DNA of 64,000 nucleotides from an uncultured Candidatus Rokubacteria bacterium (GTDB lineage Bacteria > Methylomirabilota > Methylomirabilia > Rokubacteriales > DASRDR01): the NCBI GenBank assembly GCA_963812945.1, contig CAWEXD010000008.1, positions 945,107 through 1,009,106 on the forward strand, given 5' to 3'. Every line of letters starts with the position of its first letter. Positions within the stretch are counted from its first letter, which is position 1. Shown in pieces: positions 55,212 to 64,000 of this stretch. The position numbers and the translations under genes are program-made. The notes below the pieces were generated by a model. The model did not search any database, was not told where the DNA came from, and saw only the letters and a program-made list of their open reading frames with translations.

Positions 55212-56228
55212 ATGATCCGTGTCATGCAGCCGGTGCGGGTCGCCGTGATCGGGGCCGGGTTCATGGGGGAGCGCCACGCGCGGATCTACGCCGGCATGTC
55301 GGACGTCGAGCTGGTGGCGGTCTGCGATGTGCGAGATCAGACGGCGCGCGAGCTGGGGGCGCGAACGGGCGCCGCGACGTACACGGACTACCGGGAGCTC
55401 CTCCGCCGGGACGATCTCGACGCCGTCAGCGTGTGCACGCCGGACGGGCTCCACCGGGAGCCGTGTGACCTGGCCCTGCGAGCGGGCCGCCACGTGCTCC
55501 TCGAGAAGCCGATCGCCACCACCGTGGCCGACGCGGAGGCGATCGCGGAAGCCGCCGTTCGCGCGGGCGTGGTGCTCCTGGTCGGGCACTGCCTCCGCTT
55601 CGACCCGCGCTATGATCAGGCGCGGCAGGCCGTCGAGCGGGGCGAGCTGGGCACGGTCCAGACGATCTACACGCGCCGGGCCAATACCGTGGCGGCCCAG
55701 GATCGGCTGGGCGGGCGGTGCCCGCTCCCGCTGTTCCTCGGCGTCCACGACTACGACGTGATGCGCTGGCTCGCCGGGAGCGAGGTGGAGCGGGTGACGG
55801 CGGAATCCAAGTGGGGGCTCCTCCGCGAGCAGGGCTTTCCGGTCGAGGACGCCAACTGCGCGCTCCTCCGGTTCGCGAGCGGGGCGCTCGGTATCGCGGA
55901 GCTCTCCTGGATCCTCCCCCGGGGTTTTCCGGCCGCGGGCGACCACCGCCTCGACGTGGTGGGCAGCGCCGGATCCCTGTCGATCGCGACGCTCGAGACG
56001 GGCCTCCGGCGCGCGGACGGCCAGCGGGCGGTGCAGGTGGACACGGCCTCGGCGCCGTCGGTTCAGGGGCATCCGGGCGGCATGTTCTACTTCGAGCTGC
56101 GACACTTCGTCGACTGCGTGCGCGGGCGCGCCACGCCGGCCGTCACGCCCGCCGACGCCGTCATGGCGCTACGGATCGCGCTCGCGGTCGAGCGCGCGGC
56201 GGCTACGGGAGCCCCGGCCGTTCCCTGA
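55212..56228 (+). CDS. Gfo/Idh/MocA family oxidoreductase
   Basis: 338-aa ORF; N-terminal Rossmann VAVIGAGFMGERHA; EKP motif (LLEKPIATT). Confidence 0.75.
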   Translation: MIRVMQPVRVAVIGAGFMGERHARIYAGMSDVELVAVCDVRDQTARELGARTGAATYTDYRELLRRDDLDAVSVCTPDGLHREPCDLALRAGRHVLLEKPIATTVADAEAIAEAAVRAGVVLLVGHCLRFDPRYDQARQAVERGELGTVQTIYTRRANTVAAQDRLGGRCPLPLFLGVHDYDVMRWLAGSEVERVTAESKWGLLREQGFPVEDANCALLRFASGALGIAELSWILPRGFPAAGDHRLDVVGSAGSLSIATLETGLRRADGQRAVQVDTASAPSVQGHPGGMFYFELRHFVDCVRGRATPAVTPADAVMALRIALAVERAAATGAPAVP

Positions 56229-56266
56229 GCGGCCCTCATCATGAACGCGTTCGAGGAGGTCGAGCC

Positions 56267-57613
56267 ATGACCGACCCAGCTCTGACCGGGCAGACGGTGG
56301 AGCTGCTCCAGCAGCTCATCCGCAACCAGTGCGTGAACGACGGCACGACCGCGTCCGGCCAGGAAGCGCGCACGGCCGACGTGCTCCGCAGCTATCTCAC
56401 CGGGAGCGGCCTGGACCTGGAGGTCTACGAGCCGGCCTGGGCGCCGGGGCGCGCGAGCCTGGTCGCGCGCATCGAGGGCAGCGATCCGACGGCGCCCACG
56501 CTCTGCCTCATGGGCCACACCGACGTCGTGCCGGTCAACCTCGCGACCTGGACGCGGGACCCGTTCGGCGGCGAGCTGGTCAACGGCGAGGTGTGGGGGC
56601 GCGGCGCGATCGACATGCTGAACATCACGGCGTCCCAGGCGGTGGTGCTCCGGGCGCTCGCCCGGCGCGGCTGGCGGCCGCGGGGCACTCTCGTGTACCT
56701 GGCGTGCGCCGACGAGGAGGCTGGCGGCGCGCTCGGGGCGGGCTACGTGTGCGACCGGCACTGGGACTCGATCCGGGCGGACTACCTCCTGACCGAGAAC
56801 GGGGGCCAGGTCAGCCAGGCGACTGATGGTGGCCTGAACGTCACCGTGCACGTGGGGGAGAAGGGCGTGGCCTGGCGCCGCCTGCGGGTCCGCGGGACGC
56901 CCGGCCACGGCTCCATGCCGTACGGCGTCGACAACGCGCTGGTCAAGGCGGCCAAGGTGGTGGCGCGGCTGGCGGACTACCGCCCGGCGCCGTACGTGGA
57001 CGAGCTGTGGCGGCGCTTCGTCGACACGCTCGGCCTCGATCCCGCCCTGAAGGCCGCGCTGGTCGACCCGGCGCGCGTGGACGACGCGATCGCCCGGCTT
57101 CCCCCCAACGTGGCCCGGATGGCCTGGTCGTCCACCCACACGACCTTCTCGCCGAACCAGTGCCGGGGCGGCGTGAAGACCAACGTGATCCCGGACATGG
57201 TCGACGTCGAGGTCGACATCCGCACGGTCCCGGGCGACAGCGACGACGAGGTCCGCCGGCACCTCGACAAGGCGCTGGCCGACCTGTCGGACGAGGTGGA
57301 GGTCGAGCCCCTCTTCTCCAAGCCGGCGTCGGTCTCGCCCACCGGCACCCCGCTCTGGGACGTGCTCGGCCGGGTCGTCGACCGGCACTACCCGGGCGCG
57401 CAGCTTCTGCCTCGGCTCATCGTCGGGTTCACCGACGCCCCGTACTTCCGGGCCCGCGGCGCGGTCTCCTACGGATTCAGCCTCTTCTCGCGCACACTGA
57501 CGGCCGAAGCGATGGCCCCCCGGTTCCACGGCAACGACGAGCGCGTCGACGTGGAATCCCTGGCCCTGACGACCCAGGCGTGGCTCGACGTGTGCGAGCT
57601 GCTGCTCGAGTAG
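56267..57613 (+). CDS. M20 family metallopeptidase (ArgE/DapE/CPG2-like)
   Basis: In-frame segment of ORF 55718-57613 starting MTDPALTGQ; ATG preceded by GAGGAGG; GHTDVVP, DEEAGG. Confidence 0.75.
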   Translation: MTDPALTGQTVELLQQLIRNQCVNDGTTASGQEARTADVLRSYLTGSGLDLEVYEPAWAPGRASLVARIEGSDPTAPTLCLMGHTDVVPVNLATWTRDPFGGELVNGEVWGRGAIDMLNITASQAVVLRALARRGWRPRGTLVYLACADEEAGGALGAGYVCDRHWDSIRADYLLTENGGQVSQATDGGLNVTVHVGEKGVAWRRLRVRGTPGHGSMPYGVDNALVKAAKVVARLADYRPAPYVDELWRRFVDTLGLDPALKAALVDPARVDDAIARLPPNVARMAWSSTHTTFSPNQCRGGVKTNVIPDMVDVEVDIRTVPGDSDDEVRRHLDKALADLSDEVEVEPLFSKPASVSPTGTPLWDVLGRVVDRHYPGAQLLPRLIVGFTDAPYFRARGAVSYGFSLFSRTLTAEAMAPRFHGNDERVDVESLALTTQAWLDVCELLLE

Positions 57614-57655
57614 CGCCGGGCCGCGCGCGTCGGCTCGCCGGGCCGAGGCGCTCCG

Positions 57656-58129
57656 TCAGCGCGGGTACAGCAGGAGCTGGGTGCAGCGGAAGAGGGCGAT
57701 GGCGCGTCCGGTCGCCTCGTCGGTGACCCGAGCGTCCCAGACCTGCGTCGTCCGGCCGCCGTGGGCGAGCGTGGCCTCGCAGGCGATCACGCCCTCGAGG
57801 ACCGTTCCGAGGAAGTTCGCCTTGAGCTCCACGGTGGTGAACCCGCGGGCGCCATCCGGGAAGCTGGCCACGGTTCCGTAGCCGCACGAGCTGTCGGCCA
57901 GCGCGACCACCGTTGCCGCATGGAGGTAGCCGTTCGGCGCCAGGTGGTCTCGGCGGATGGGCAGGCGACTCGTGACACGCCCCTGGGCCACGTCCAGGAA
58001 CTCGATGCCGATGAGGCCCGGAAGGTACCCATCCCCGAACCGCCGCCAGTGGTCGGCCGAGCCCGGCGCCCGCACCTCGCGGGACAGGGGCGCCTCTCCC
58101 GTGCCGCCCGCGCCGCTCGCGGAGCTCAA
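57656..58129 (-). CDS. PaaI-family (hotdog fold) thioesterase
   Basis: 157-aa ORF; GYLHAATVVALADSSCGYG hotdog pattern; start overlaps upstream stop (ATGA). Confidence 0.6.
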   Translation of the reverse strand: MSSASGAGGTGEAPLSREVRAPGSADHWRRFGDGYLPGLIGIEFLDVAQGRVTSRLPIRRDHLAPNGYLHAATVVALADSSCGYGTVASFPDGARGFTTVELKANFLGTVLEGVIACEATLAHGGRTTQVWDARVTDEATGRAIALFRCTQLLLYPR

Positions 58130-58809
58130 GGTGTCGCCACCAGGTCGACGTGGAGGGTGACCTCGTCCTTGTTCCGGATCGCGCCGAGGAGCGCGCTGTA
58201 GGGGCGGTACCCGAAGCTCGACTGGAGGAACGTCACCGTCGCCCGGCCCCGAAGCGCGCCAGACTCGAGCGCCACGGTCGCCGGGAACGTGACCTCCTGG
58301 GTCACTCCGCGGAGGGTGAGGCGCCCCGTCACCTGAAGCCGGCCCTGGCCCTCGGCGACGACGCGTGTCGAGACGAAGCGAATCGTAGGGTACCGCGCGA
58401 CGTCGAGCTGGTCCGGCGCGCGCATCGCCTTGCCCACGTCGGTGCGCTGGCTCTCGGAGAGATCACCCTCCACACCGAGCCGCCGGCGCGCCGCGGGGTC
58501 GTCGACCCGGAGCGATGCGGTGCGGACCTCGACGACGATGGCGCTGGCCTCCGGCCGGGCAGGGTCGTACTCGACGGTGCCGCCGACCTCGGTGGCTTCC
58601 ACCACGTGATCGTGAGCGAGCGCGCTGCCGACGCCCTGACGGAAGAGCTGGAGGGCAAGTCGCGTCTGGCCGGGGTCGATGCGCAGCGTGGCGCCCCGGG
58701 CCACCCCGGCGCCGGCGAGGAGCCAGGCCGTCGCCAGCCCGCACGCGATCCAGCGGCGGGCCGGGCGTCCCGAGTACCGCGGCTCGGCGGTCGACCGGAC
58801 GAGGGACAC
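58126..58809 (-). CDS. YceI family protein, secreted
   Basis: 227-aa ORF; hydrophobic N-terminus; YceI-like size and pattern; low-confidence family call. Confidence 0.5.
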   Translation of the reverse strand: MSLVRSTAEPRYSGRPARRWIACGLATAWLLAGAGVARGATLRIDPGQTRLALQLFRQGVGSALAHDHVVEATEVGGTVEYDPARPEASAIVVEVRTASLRVDDPAARRRLGVEGDLSESQRTDVGKAMRAPDQLDVARYPTIRFVSTRVVAEGQGRLQVTGRLTLRGVTQEVTFPATVALESGALRGRATVTFLQSSFGYRPYSALLGAIRNKDEVTLHVDLVATP

Positions 58810-58842
58810 GACGCCGATGATAGACGAGGGGCCGCAGGCCGG

Positions 58843-59877
58843 CTACTGCCCGCGCAGCCTGGGGTCGAGCACGTCGCGAAGGGCGTCGCCCAGCATGTTG
58901 AACCCGAAGACCGCGAGCGAGATCGCGACGCCGGGCCAGACGGCCATCCAGGGAGCGCGGAGCATGTGCGTCCGCCCGGAGCCGGAGAGCATGCCTCCCC
59001 ATGAGGGATAGGGCGGGGGCACACCGAAGCCGAGGAAGGAGAGTGCCGACTCGGCCAGGATCACGCCCCCGAGGCCGATCGTCGCCAGGATCAGGATGGT
59101 CGGCACGACGTTCGGCAGGACGTGCCGGAGCACGACGCGAAGCTGGCCAGCCCCCACCGCTCGCGCCGCCTCGACGTGTGGCTGCTGCGCGACCGTGATG
59201 GTCGCTCCGCGGATCACCCGGGAGCTGGTCGCGGCGGTGATGATGGCGAGAGCAAGGATGACGTTCAGCAGGCCGGGGCCGAGAACCGCCATGACCGACA
59301 GGACGATGACCAGGTAGGGGAACGACATCCAGGCGTCCACGATGCGTTGCACGACGAGGTCGTACGCTCCGCCGAGGTAGCCGCTCGAGACGCCGATCGC
59401 GGTCGCGAGCAGGGTCCCGAGGGCGATCGTCGCGAACCCCACGGTGACCGAGATGCGAGCCCCGTACACGATCCGGCTCCAGAGGTCGCGGCCGAGGTTG
59501 TCGGTGCCGAGCCAGTGGACGGAGCCCGGCGGCCGGAAGCGCGCGCCTCGGATCGTGTCCTCGTAGCCGTAGGGCGCGAGGCCGTCGGCGAAGGCGGCCA
59601 TCAGCAGCATGCCGGCGACGATCAGCCCGCCCAGGGCGCCGAGGGGTTTCCGCCGCGCGAACCGGGCGACCGCGCGGATGGCGTGGCCGAGGGGCCCTCG
59701 GAGCGCGGCCGGACCGGGGGCGCCCGGGCGCGGGGGCCGGGCGCCGTCATCCTGGTTGCGGAGCGCTGGGTGAGCGCCGTCGGCGGTCGCCCGTCTCCCC
59801 GTTTTCGCGGCGGACCCCGCCGGCGCCGGTGCGCCCTCGGACCGCCTAGTACCGGATGCGGGGGTCCAGGAGGGCAT
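58843..59877 (-). CDS. peptide/nickel-type ABC transporter permease (DppC/OppC-like), start uncertain
   Basis: 344-aa ORF; about 60 extra Pro/Ala/Arg-rich N-terminal residues versus paralogs; annotated ATG overlaps upstream permease gene by 32 nt, true start may be internal. Confidence 0.7.
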   Translation of the reverse strand: MPSWTPASGTRRSEGAPAPAGSAAKTGRRATADGAHPALRNQDDGARPPRPGAPGPAALRGPLGHAIRAVARFARRKPLGALGGLIVAGMLLMAAFADGLAPYGYEDTIRGARFRPPGSVHWLGTDNLGRDLWSRIVYGARISVTVGFATIALGTLLATAIGVSSGYLGGAYDLVVQRIVDAWMSFPYLVIVLSVMAVLGPGLLNVILALAIITAATSSRVIRGATITVAQQPHVEAARAVGAGQLRVVLRHVLPNVVPTILILATIGLGGVILAESALSFLGFGVPPPYPSWGGMLSGSGRTHMLRAPWMAVWPGVAISLAVFGFNMLGDALRDVLDPRLRGQ

Positions 59878-60787
59878 AGAACGCGTCCACGGCCAGGTTG
59901 ACCAGCACGATCACCGACACGACGACGAGGTTGATGCCCTGGATGACGGGGTAGTCCCGCTGCGTGATGGCCTCGAACAGGAAACGGCCCATGCCCGGAA
60001 GGCCGAAGATCGACTCGATGATGACCGTGCCGCCCAGCACCTGGGCGAGCTGGATGCCGAGCACGGTGACGACCGGGATCACCGCGTTGCGGAGCCCGTG
60101 CTTGAGGACGACCACGCGCTCGCGGAGCCCCTTGGCCCACCCGGTCCGCACGTAGTCCTGGCGCAGCACCTCGAGGAGCATCCCGCGCGTCAGGCGCATG
60201 AGCGCGGCGGCGGCGGCGATCCCGAGGATGAGGGCGGGGAGGAGAAGCTGCGTCACGTGGGCCAGCGGCGCTTCGCGGAACTCGACGTACGTCGAGACGG
60301 GGCGCCAGCCCCACCAGAGCGCCGGCAGGATGACGACCAGCGTCGCCAGCCAGAAGCCCGGCACCGAGAGGCCGATGACGGCGGCGCTCCGGGCGACGTA
60401 GTCGCGGGCGGTGTCCTGGCGGGTCGCCGAGAGCACCCCGATGGGCAGGCCGATGAGGAGAGCGAACACGATGGCGAGGAGCCCGAGCTCCACCGTGACC
60501 GGCAGGCGCCTGGCGAGCTCCTCGGCGACCGGCCGCCGGGTCCAGAGCGACTCGCCGAGATCGCCCCGGGCGGCCCGGCCGAGCCACTCGAGGTACTGCA
60601 CGTGCAAGGGGCGGTCGAGGCCGAGCTTGGCGCGCAGCTCCTGGAGGTCCCGGGCGTATGCCTTCTCCTCCAGCATGAGGGCGACGACGTCGCCTGGGAT
60701 CAGCCGGGGCAGGGTGAAGACGATGAGCGACGCGATCAGCAGCGACGGAACCGCGACCACGAGGCGCCGGGCGAGGTAGCGGCGCAT
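59846..60787 (-). CDS. peptide/nickel-type ABC transporter permease (DppB/OppB-like)
   Basis: 313-aa ORF; N-terminus MRRYLARRLVVAVPSLLIASLIVF; C-terminal LLDPRIRY. Confidence 0.8.
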   Translation of the reverse strand: MRRYLARRLVVAVPSLLIASLIVFTLPRLIPGDVVALMLEEKAYARDLQELRAKLGLDRPLHVQYLEWLGRAARGDLGESLWTRRPVAEELARRLPVTVELGLLAIVFALLIGLPIGVLSATRQDTARDYVARSAAVIGLSVPGFWLATLVVILPALWWGWRPVSTYVEFREAPLAHVTQLLLPALILGIAAAAALMRLTRGMLLEVLRQDYVRTGWAKGLRERVVVLKHGLRNAVIPVVTVLGIQLAQVLGGTVIIESIFGLPGMGRFLFEAITQRDYPVIQGINLVVVSVIVLVNLAVDAFYALLDPRIRY

Positions 60788-60824
60788 CCTCAGGCTCCGC
60801 GGTCCCGGGCGAGCCGGCTCCCTC

Positions 60825-62450
60825 CTACCGGTCCAGCCACGCGGCCATCAGCCGCCCCCCGTAGTCGTAGCCGAGGTTCGGCTGGTAGTTCTTCACCGCG
60901 CCCTCCCAGACGCCGATCGCCATGGCGGAGGGGAGCTGCACGTAGTACTGCTGCTTGGCGAGGTGGCGCTGGATGTCGTGCACGACATCGCGGCGCTTGG
61001 CGGCGTCCATCGTCCGCCGCTGGCGGACGAGGAGGTCCGCGACGACCGGGTCGTTGATGTGGCTCTGGTTCTTCGTCTCGCCCGGGTAGTACTGGCCGAA
61101 GAGGAAGTTGTCGGGATCGAGGAACGGCGTCTGGGGGCCCAAGGCGCCGGTGTCGAACTTCCCGTAGAAGCACGTCGAGATGTACGCGCCGTACTCCTTC
61201 TGGTCGATCCGCGCGTTGATGCCCACGTCGCGGAGGTACTTCACGACGAGCTGGGCGGAGTCGACGATGACCGTCGAGCCGTAGTCGGTGAAGCAGAGGC
61301 TCATCGGGAAGCCGCCCGGATGGCCGGCGGCCGCGAGGAGCCGCTTGGCCTCGGCGGGATCGTGCTTGTAGTAGCGCGCGCCCTCGCCCAGCTGGTCCAT
61401 GGGCAGGGACCACTCGCGGAGGGCGCCCGGCACCGGCGGGTTCATGACGCCGACCCCTTCGAGGACCGAGTCGATGATCCCCTGGCGGTCGATGGCCAGC
61501 GACATCGCGTGCCGGACCCGCACGTCGTTGAACGGCGCCTGGTCGGTTCGCATGGACACGTGGGACATCACGTTTGAAGGAAACTCGAGGACACCTAGGT
61601 TTGGCCGCCGCTGCTTGAGGGTGTCCTTGATCTGGACCCAGTCGGTCCGGTTGATCGCGCCCTGGTACTCCCAGCCGAGGTCGTACTTGCCGGCCAGGAA
61701 CGCCGCCATCCGGGAGGCGTTGTCCTCGTCGACGTAGAGCTCGACACGGTCGATGTGGGGGAGGCCGGGCACGAAGTACTGAGGGTTGCGCACGAACGTC
61801 ATCCCGACGTTCGGCCGGTAGCTGTCGAGCATCCAGGGCCCGGTGCCGACGACCGCCTCGGGCTTCTTGAGGTCCCCGAACTTCTCCACGCACTCCTTGG
61901 CCACGATGGCCACCGCGAGCGGGTTCGCCAGCATGTCGGGAAACCAGGCGAAGGGCTCCTTGAGCGTGAACTTCACGGTGTGGCGGTCCACCGCCTCGAC
62001 CTTGTCCACCGCGCGGAGCATGTAGGCGTTCGCGTTGCCCTTGACCTGGAGGAACCGCTCGACCGAGTAGACGACGTCTTCTGCGGTCAGCTCGCGGCCG
62101 TTCACCGGCGGCTTCGGATGCCAGCGCACCCCGCGCCGGAGCTTGAAGACGTAGGTCGTCTCGTTGGGCTGGGTCCACGACTCCGCGAGGTCCCCCTCGA
62201 TGGGGAACGTGCCGGGCGTGACGCCCGGCCCCGCTCGGTGCTTGAGGAGCCGACTGTGCGTGAAGGACAGCGCCACGTGCGTCTTGTAAGACACCGTGAG
62301 CATCGGGTCGAAGTGGGGCGGATCCCAGGCCCGGACGCTGAGGACACCGCCGCGCTTGGGCGTCTGGGCGCGGGTCGATGTCGGAGCGAGCGTCGCCCCG
62401 GCCAGGGTCAGGCCACCGAGAGTCAGGAGGTCGCGTCGGCTGAGGGTCAT
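60825..62450 (-). CDS. peptide/nickel ABC transporter substrate-binding protein (family 5 SBP), Tat-exported
   Basis: 541-aa ORF; twin-arginine motif SRRDLLTLGGLTLAGA. Confidence 0.8.
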   Translation of the reverse strand: MTLSRRDLLTLGGLTLAGATLAPTSTRAQTPKRGGVLSVRAWDPPHFDPMLTVSYKTHVALSFTHSRLLKHRAGPGVTPGTFPIEGDLAESWTQPNETTYVFKLRRGVRWHPKPPVNGRELTAEDVVYSVERFLQVKGNANAYMLRAVDKVEAVDRHTVKFTLKEPFAWFPDMLANPLAVAIVAKECVEKFGDLKKPEAVVGTGPWMLDSYRPNVGMTFVRNPQYFVPGLPHIDRVELYVDEDNASRMAAFLAGKYDLGWEYQGAINRTDWVQIKDTLKQRRPNLGVLEFPSNVMSHVSMRTDQAPFNDVRVRHAMSLAIDRQGIIDSVLEGVGVMNPPVPGALREWSLPMDQLGEGARYYKHDPAEAKRLLAAAGHPGGFPMSLCFTDYGSTVIVDSAQLVVKYLRDVGINARIDQKEYGAYISTCFYGKFDTGALGPQTPFLDPDNFLFGQYYPGETKNQSHINDPVVADLLVRQRRTMDAAKRRDVVHDIQRHLAKQQYYVQLPSAMAIGVWEGAVKNYQPNLGYDYGGRLMAAWLDR

Positions 62451-62678
62451 GGCGTCATCCTCCGTGTGTTCGGTCGGCTCAGGCCATCGTGGCTCCTCGG
62501 TCGGGATCTCGCGTCAGTCGTTGCGCGTCAGCGCGCCGGTGGATCCGGCGGCGGCCACTGGCCGGCCCGGCGCTCCGGGGGGCCGCCGTGCCGCGATCGG
62601 TCGGTCGAGGGGCATGCCGCCGATGATAGTCGATCGGCCGGGAGATGGCGTCGTCGACGTCCGTCCGGAGGGCTCACG

Positions 62679-63878
62679 TCACTCGGACGGGGTAATCGGC
62701 CCCGGCACGGTCGTTTCCCCCACCATGTTGCAGCCCTGTTCCTCGCTGCCGCAGCCGCACCAGTTGCCGCCGTCGTTCCCGAACAGGGGTTCGACGAAGG
62801 GAGGCACTGGGGCGGGCGGCTGGTTCGGGCCGAGGTGGCCGGCCGGCAACGTCAACCCGGCCAAATGGATCCCATGGCAGTTCAGCGTGTCCCAGCCGAG
62901 CAACGCGGTGCTGCCCACGAGCTTGATCCCGGTATCGAAGTTCTGGTCGAGCTCGGCGTTGACGATCTGGTGGAGCACGGACCCGAACGCCAGGATGCCG
63001 ACACCGTCGGGGGCGGCCGTCTCCAGGATCTGGGTCCCGTCCACGATGGCCCCCGACTGCTGGAAGTAGATGCCGACGTGGTGATTCGCGAACAGGACGC
63101 CGCCGTAGATGCAGACGCCGCTCCGGAAGACCCCGATGCCGCCCTGCTGAGCCGCGAAGGAGCCCGGATTCACCAGCTGGTTCTGACACCCAACGGACGG
63201 AGTATCGAAGATGAGATGCCCCCAGCCGCCCACGAGGGCAGCCAGCACGTTGACGATCTTGACGGACGCGGCCGCGAGAGGCTTGAAGACGAGGCCATGG
63301 TGCATCATGTTGCTGATCCGCGTGTCCTCGACCACGAGGTCGGCGGGTGCGCGCCACAGGATGCCGCGCCCCGAGTGGCTCAGCTGCATGTGGCGGATCG
63401 TGAGGGCGTGCGCTCGCGATTCGGGAACGGGCACCTCGCCGCCCGGTCGGTCGCTGGGCGGCTGGCCGACGATGCCGTTCGGGCAGCCCCTGAGCTGGAA
63501 CCCTTCGAGGACGCCGCCCCCGCCCTCCAGGTAGGTGACGCACCCGACTGCGCGATCTGCGGGATCCACAGCTCGGGGCGGCTCACCGACGAGCGCGGCC
63601 CGGCCGCCGCCACTGAGGCGCAGCCGCTTGCCGACTATGGTCGGCATCTCTCGGTACACTCCGGGGAGGACGAAGATCGAGTCGCCGTCCTCGGAAGCGT
63701 CGATGGCTTGCTGGATCGTCGGTTTGTCGCGGGGCACGACCAGGTCGGCGCGTTGTCTGGGGCCGTTCCGGTCGCGTCGAGGGTGCGCGCCGAGGCCTTC
63801 GGTCGCACCGAGCGGTAGAGGTGGTAGCGCGCACAGGACGAGAGCCACGATGGTCACCCAGTGCCGTGAGGTCCGCAT
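62679..63878 (-). CDS. secreted right-handed parallel beta-helix repeat protein with Cys-rich C-terminus
   Basis: 399-aa ORF; signal-like VTIVALVLCALPPLPLGA; repeated Gly/Asn/His-rich beta-helix-like segments; C-terminal GNWCGCGSEEQGCNM. Confidence 0.45.
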   Translation of the reverse strand: MRTSRHWVTIVALVLCALPPLPLGATEGLGAHPRRDRNGPRQRADLVVPRDKPTIQQAIDASEDGDSIFVLPGVYREMPTIVGKRLRLSGGGRAALVGEPPRAVDPADRAVGCVTYLEGGGGVLEGFQLRGCPNGIVGQPPSDRPGGEVPVPESRAHALTIRHMQLSHSGRGILWRAPADLVVEDTRISNMMHHGLVFKPLAAASVKIVNVLAALVGGWGHLIFDTPSVGCQNQLVNPGSFAAQQGGIGVFRSGVCIYGGVLFANHHVGIYFQQSGAIVDGTQILETAAPDGVGILAFGSVLHQIVNAELDQNFDTGIKLVGSTALLGWDTLNCHGIHLAGLTLPAGHLGPNQPPAPVPPFVEPLFGNDGGNWCGCGSEEQGCNMVGETTVPGPITPSE

Positions 63879-64000
63879 GGGTCTGCCTCCAGTGATTCGG
63901 AGACGCGTTTCGGAGTGCCTGTTCCCGGGTGGCGCGTAGGTTCGACGGGGGCGCTCGATTCTCGGGGCTCCACTGGTACGATCGGCCGAGGGCCATGGGT

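Noticed and set aside
62650-62690. Imperfect hairpin (CCGTCCG ... CGGACGG) overlapping the stop codon of the beta-helix gene
   Set aside because: Only a 7-bp stem with a 14-nt loop and no following T-run on the transcribed strand; not convincing as an intrinsic terminator.
61755-63818. 687-aa plus-strand ORF
   Set aside because: Antisense to the SBP and beta-helix genes; Arg/Gly/Asp-rich low-complexity product.
1-64000. Scan for CRISPR arrays, rRNA/tRNA genes, transposases, integrases and phage genes
   Set aside because: No regularly spaced repeats, no non-coding gap of RNA-gene size (largest gaps about 260 bp), and no translation resembling transposase or integrase families; tRNA absence could only be judged by eye and should be confirmed with a tRNA scanner.

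Overview
High-GC (about 70% by eye), densely coding bacterial chromosomal segment with roughly 60 protein-coding genes and short intergenic spacers. No rRNA, tRNA, CRISPR array, transposase, integrase or phage gene was recognised, and no obvious transcription-factor gene. All calls rest on reading the supplied six-frame translations and the nucleotide sequence; no database search or HMM was run, so family names are motif-level inferences. Many long ORFs in the track are GC-driven artefacts antisense to, or out of frame with, the real genes. Content: (i) 1-3965, an array of PF04392-like ABC substrate-binding protein (SBP) paralogs including a 3' remnant, with lipocalin-like and cupin genes; (ii) 4053-6656, a small catabolic set (ketopantoate-reductase-like, HpcH/HpaI aldolase, FAH hydrolase); (iii) 6727-10133, a complete NitT/TauT-type ABC importer; (iv) 13105-22553, a peptide-type ABC importer operon (SBP, NTF2-like gene, two permeases, no ATPase) ending in and divergently facing two paralogous ~900-aa membrane proteins that combine a GT-C/PMT-like glycosyltransferase region with discoidin-like domains; (v) 22572-29321, MetE-like and SelA-like genes, an amidase/EEP overlapping pair, asnB and a 46-codon ORF; (vi) 29727-46861, a long co-directional minus-strand array (TAXI-like SBP, enolase-superfamily enzyme, PhyH, oxidoreductases, CocE/NonD hydrolase, NudC, aldolase, methyltransferase, second peptide importer set without ATPase); (vii) 46939-63878, hydrolases and peptidases (PTE-like, alpha/beta hydrolase, formamidase, M19 dipeptidase, M20 peptidase), an orphan CoxL-like molybdoenzyme subunit, a third ATPase-less peptide importer set and a secreted beta-helix protein. 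The most unusual candidate is the pair of glycosyltransferase-discoidin fusion paralogs bracketing, and translationally coupled to, an ATPase-less peptide importer operon.
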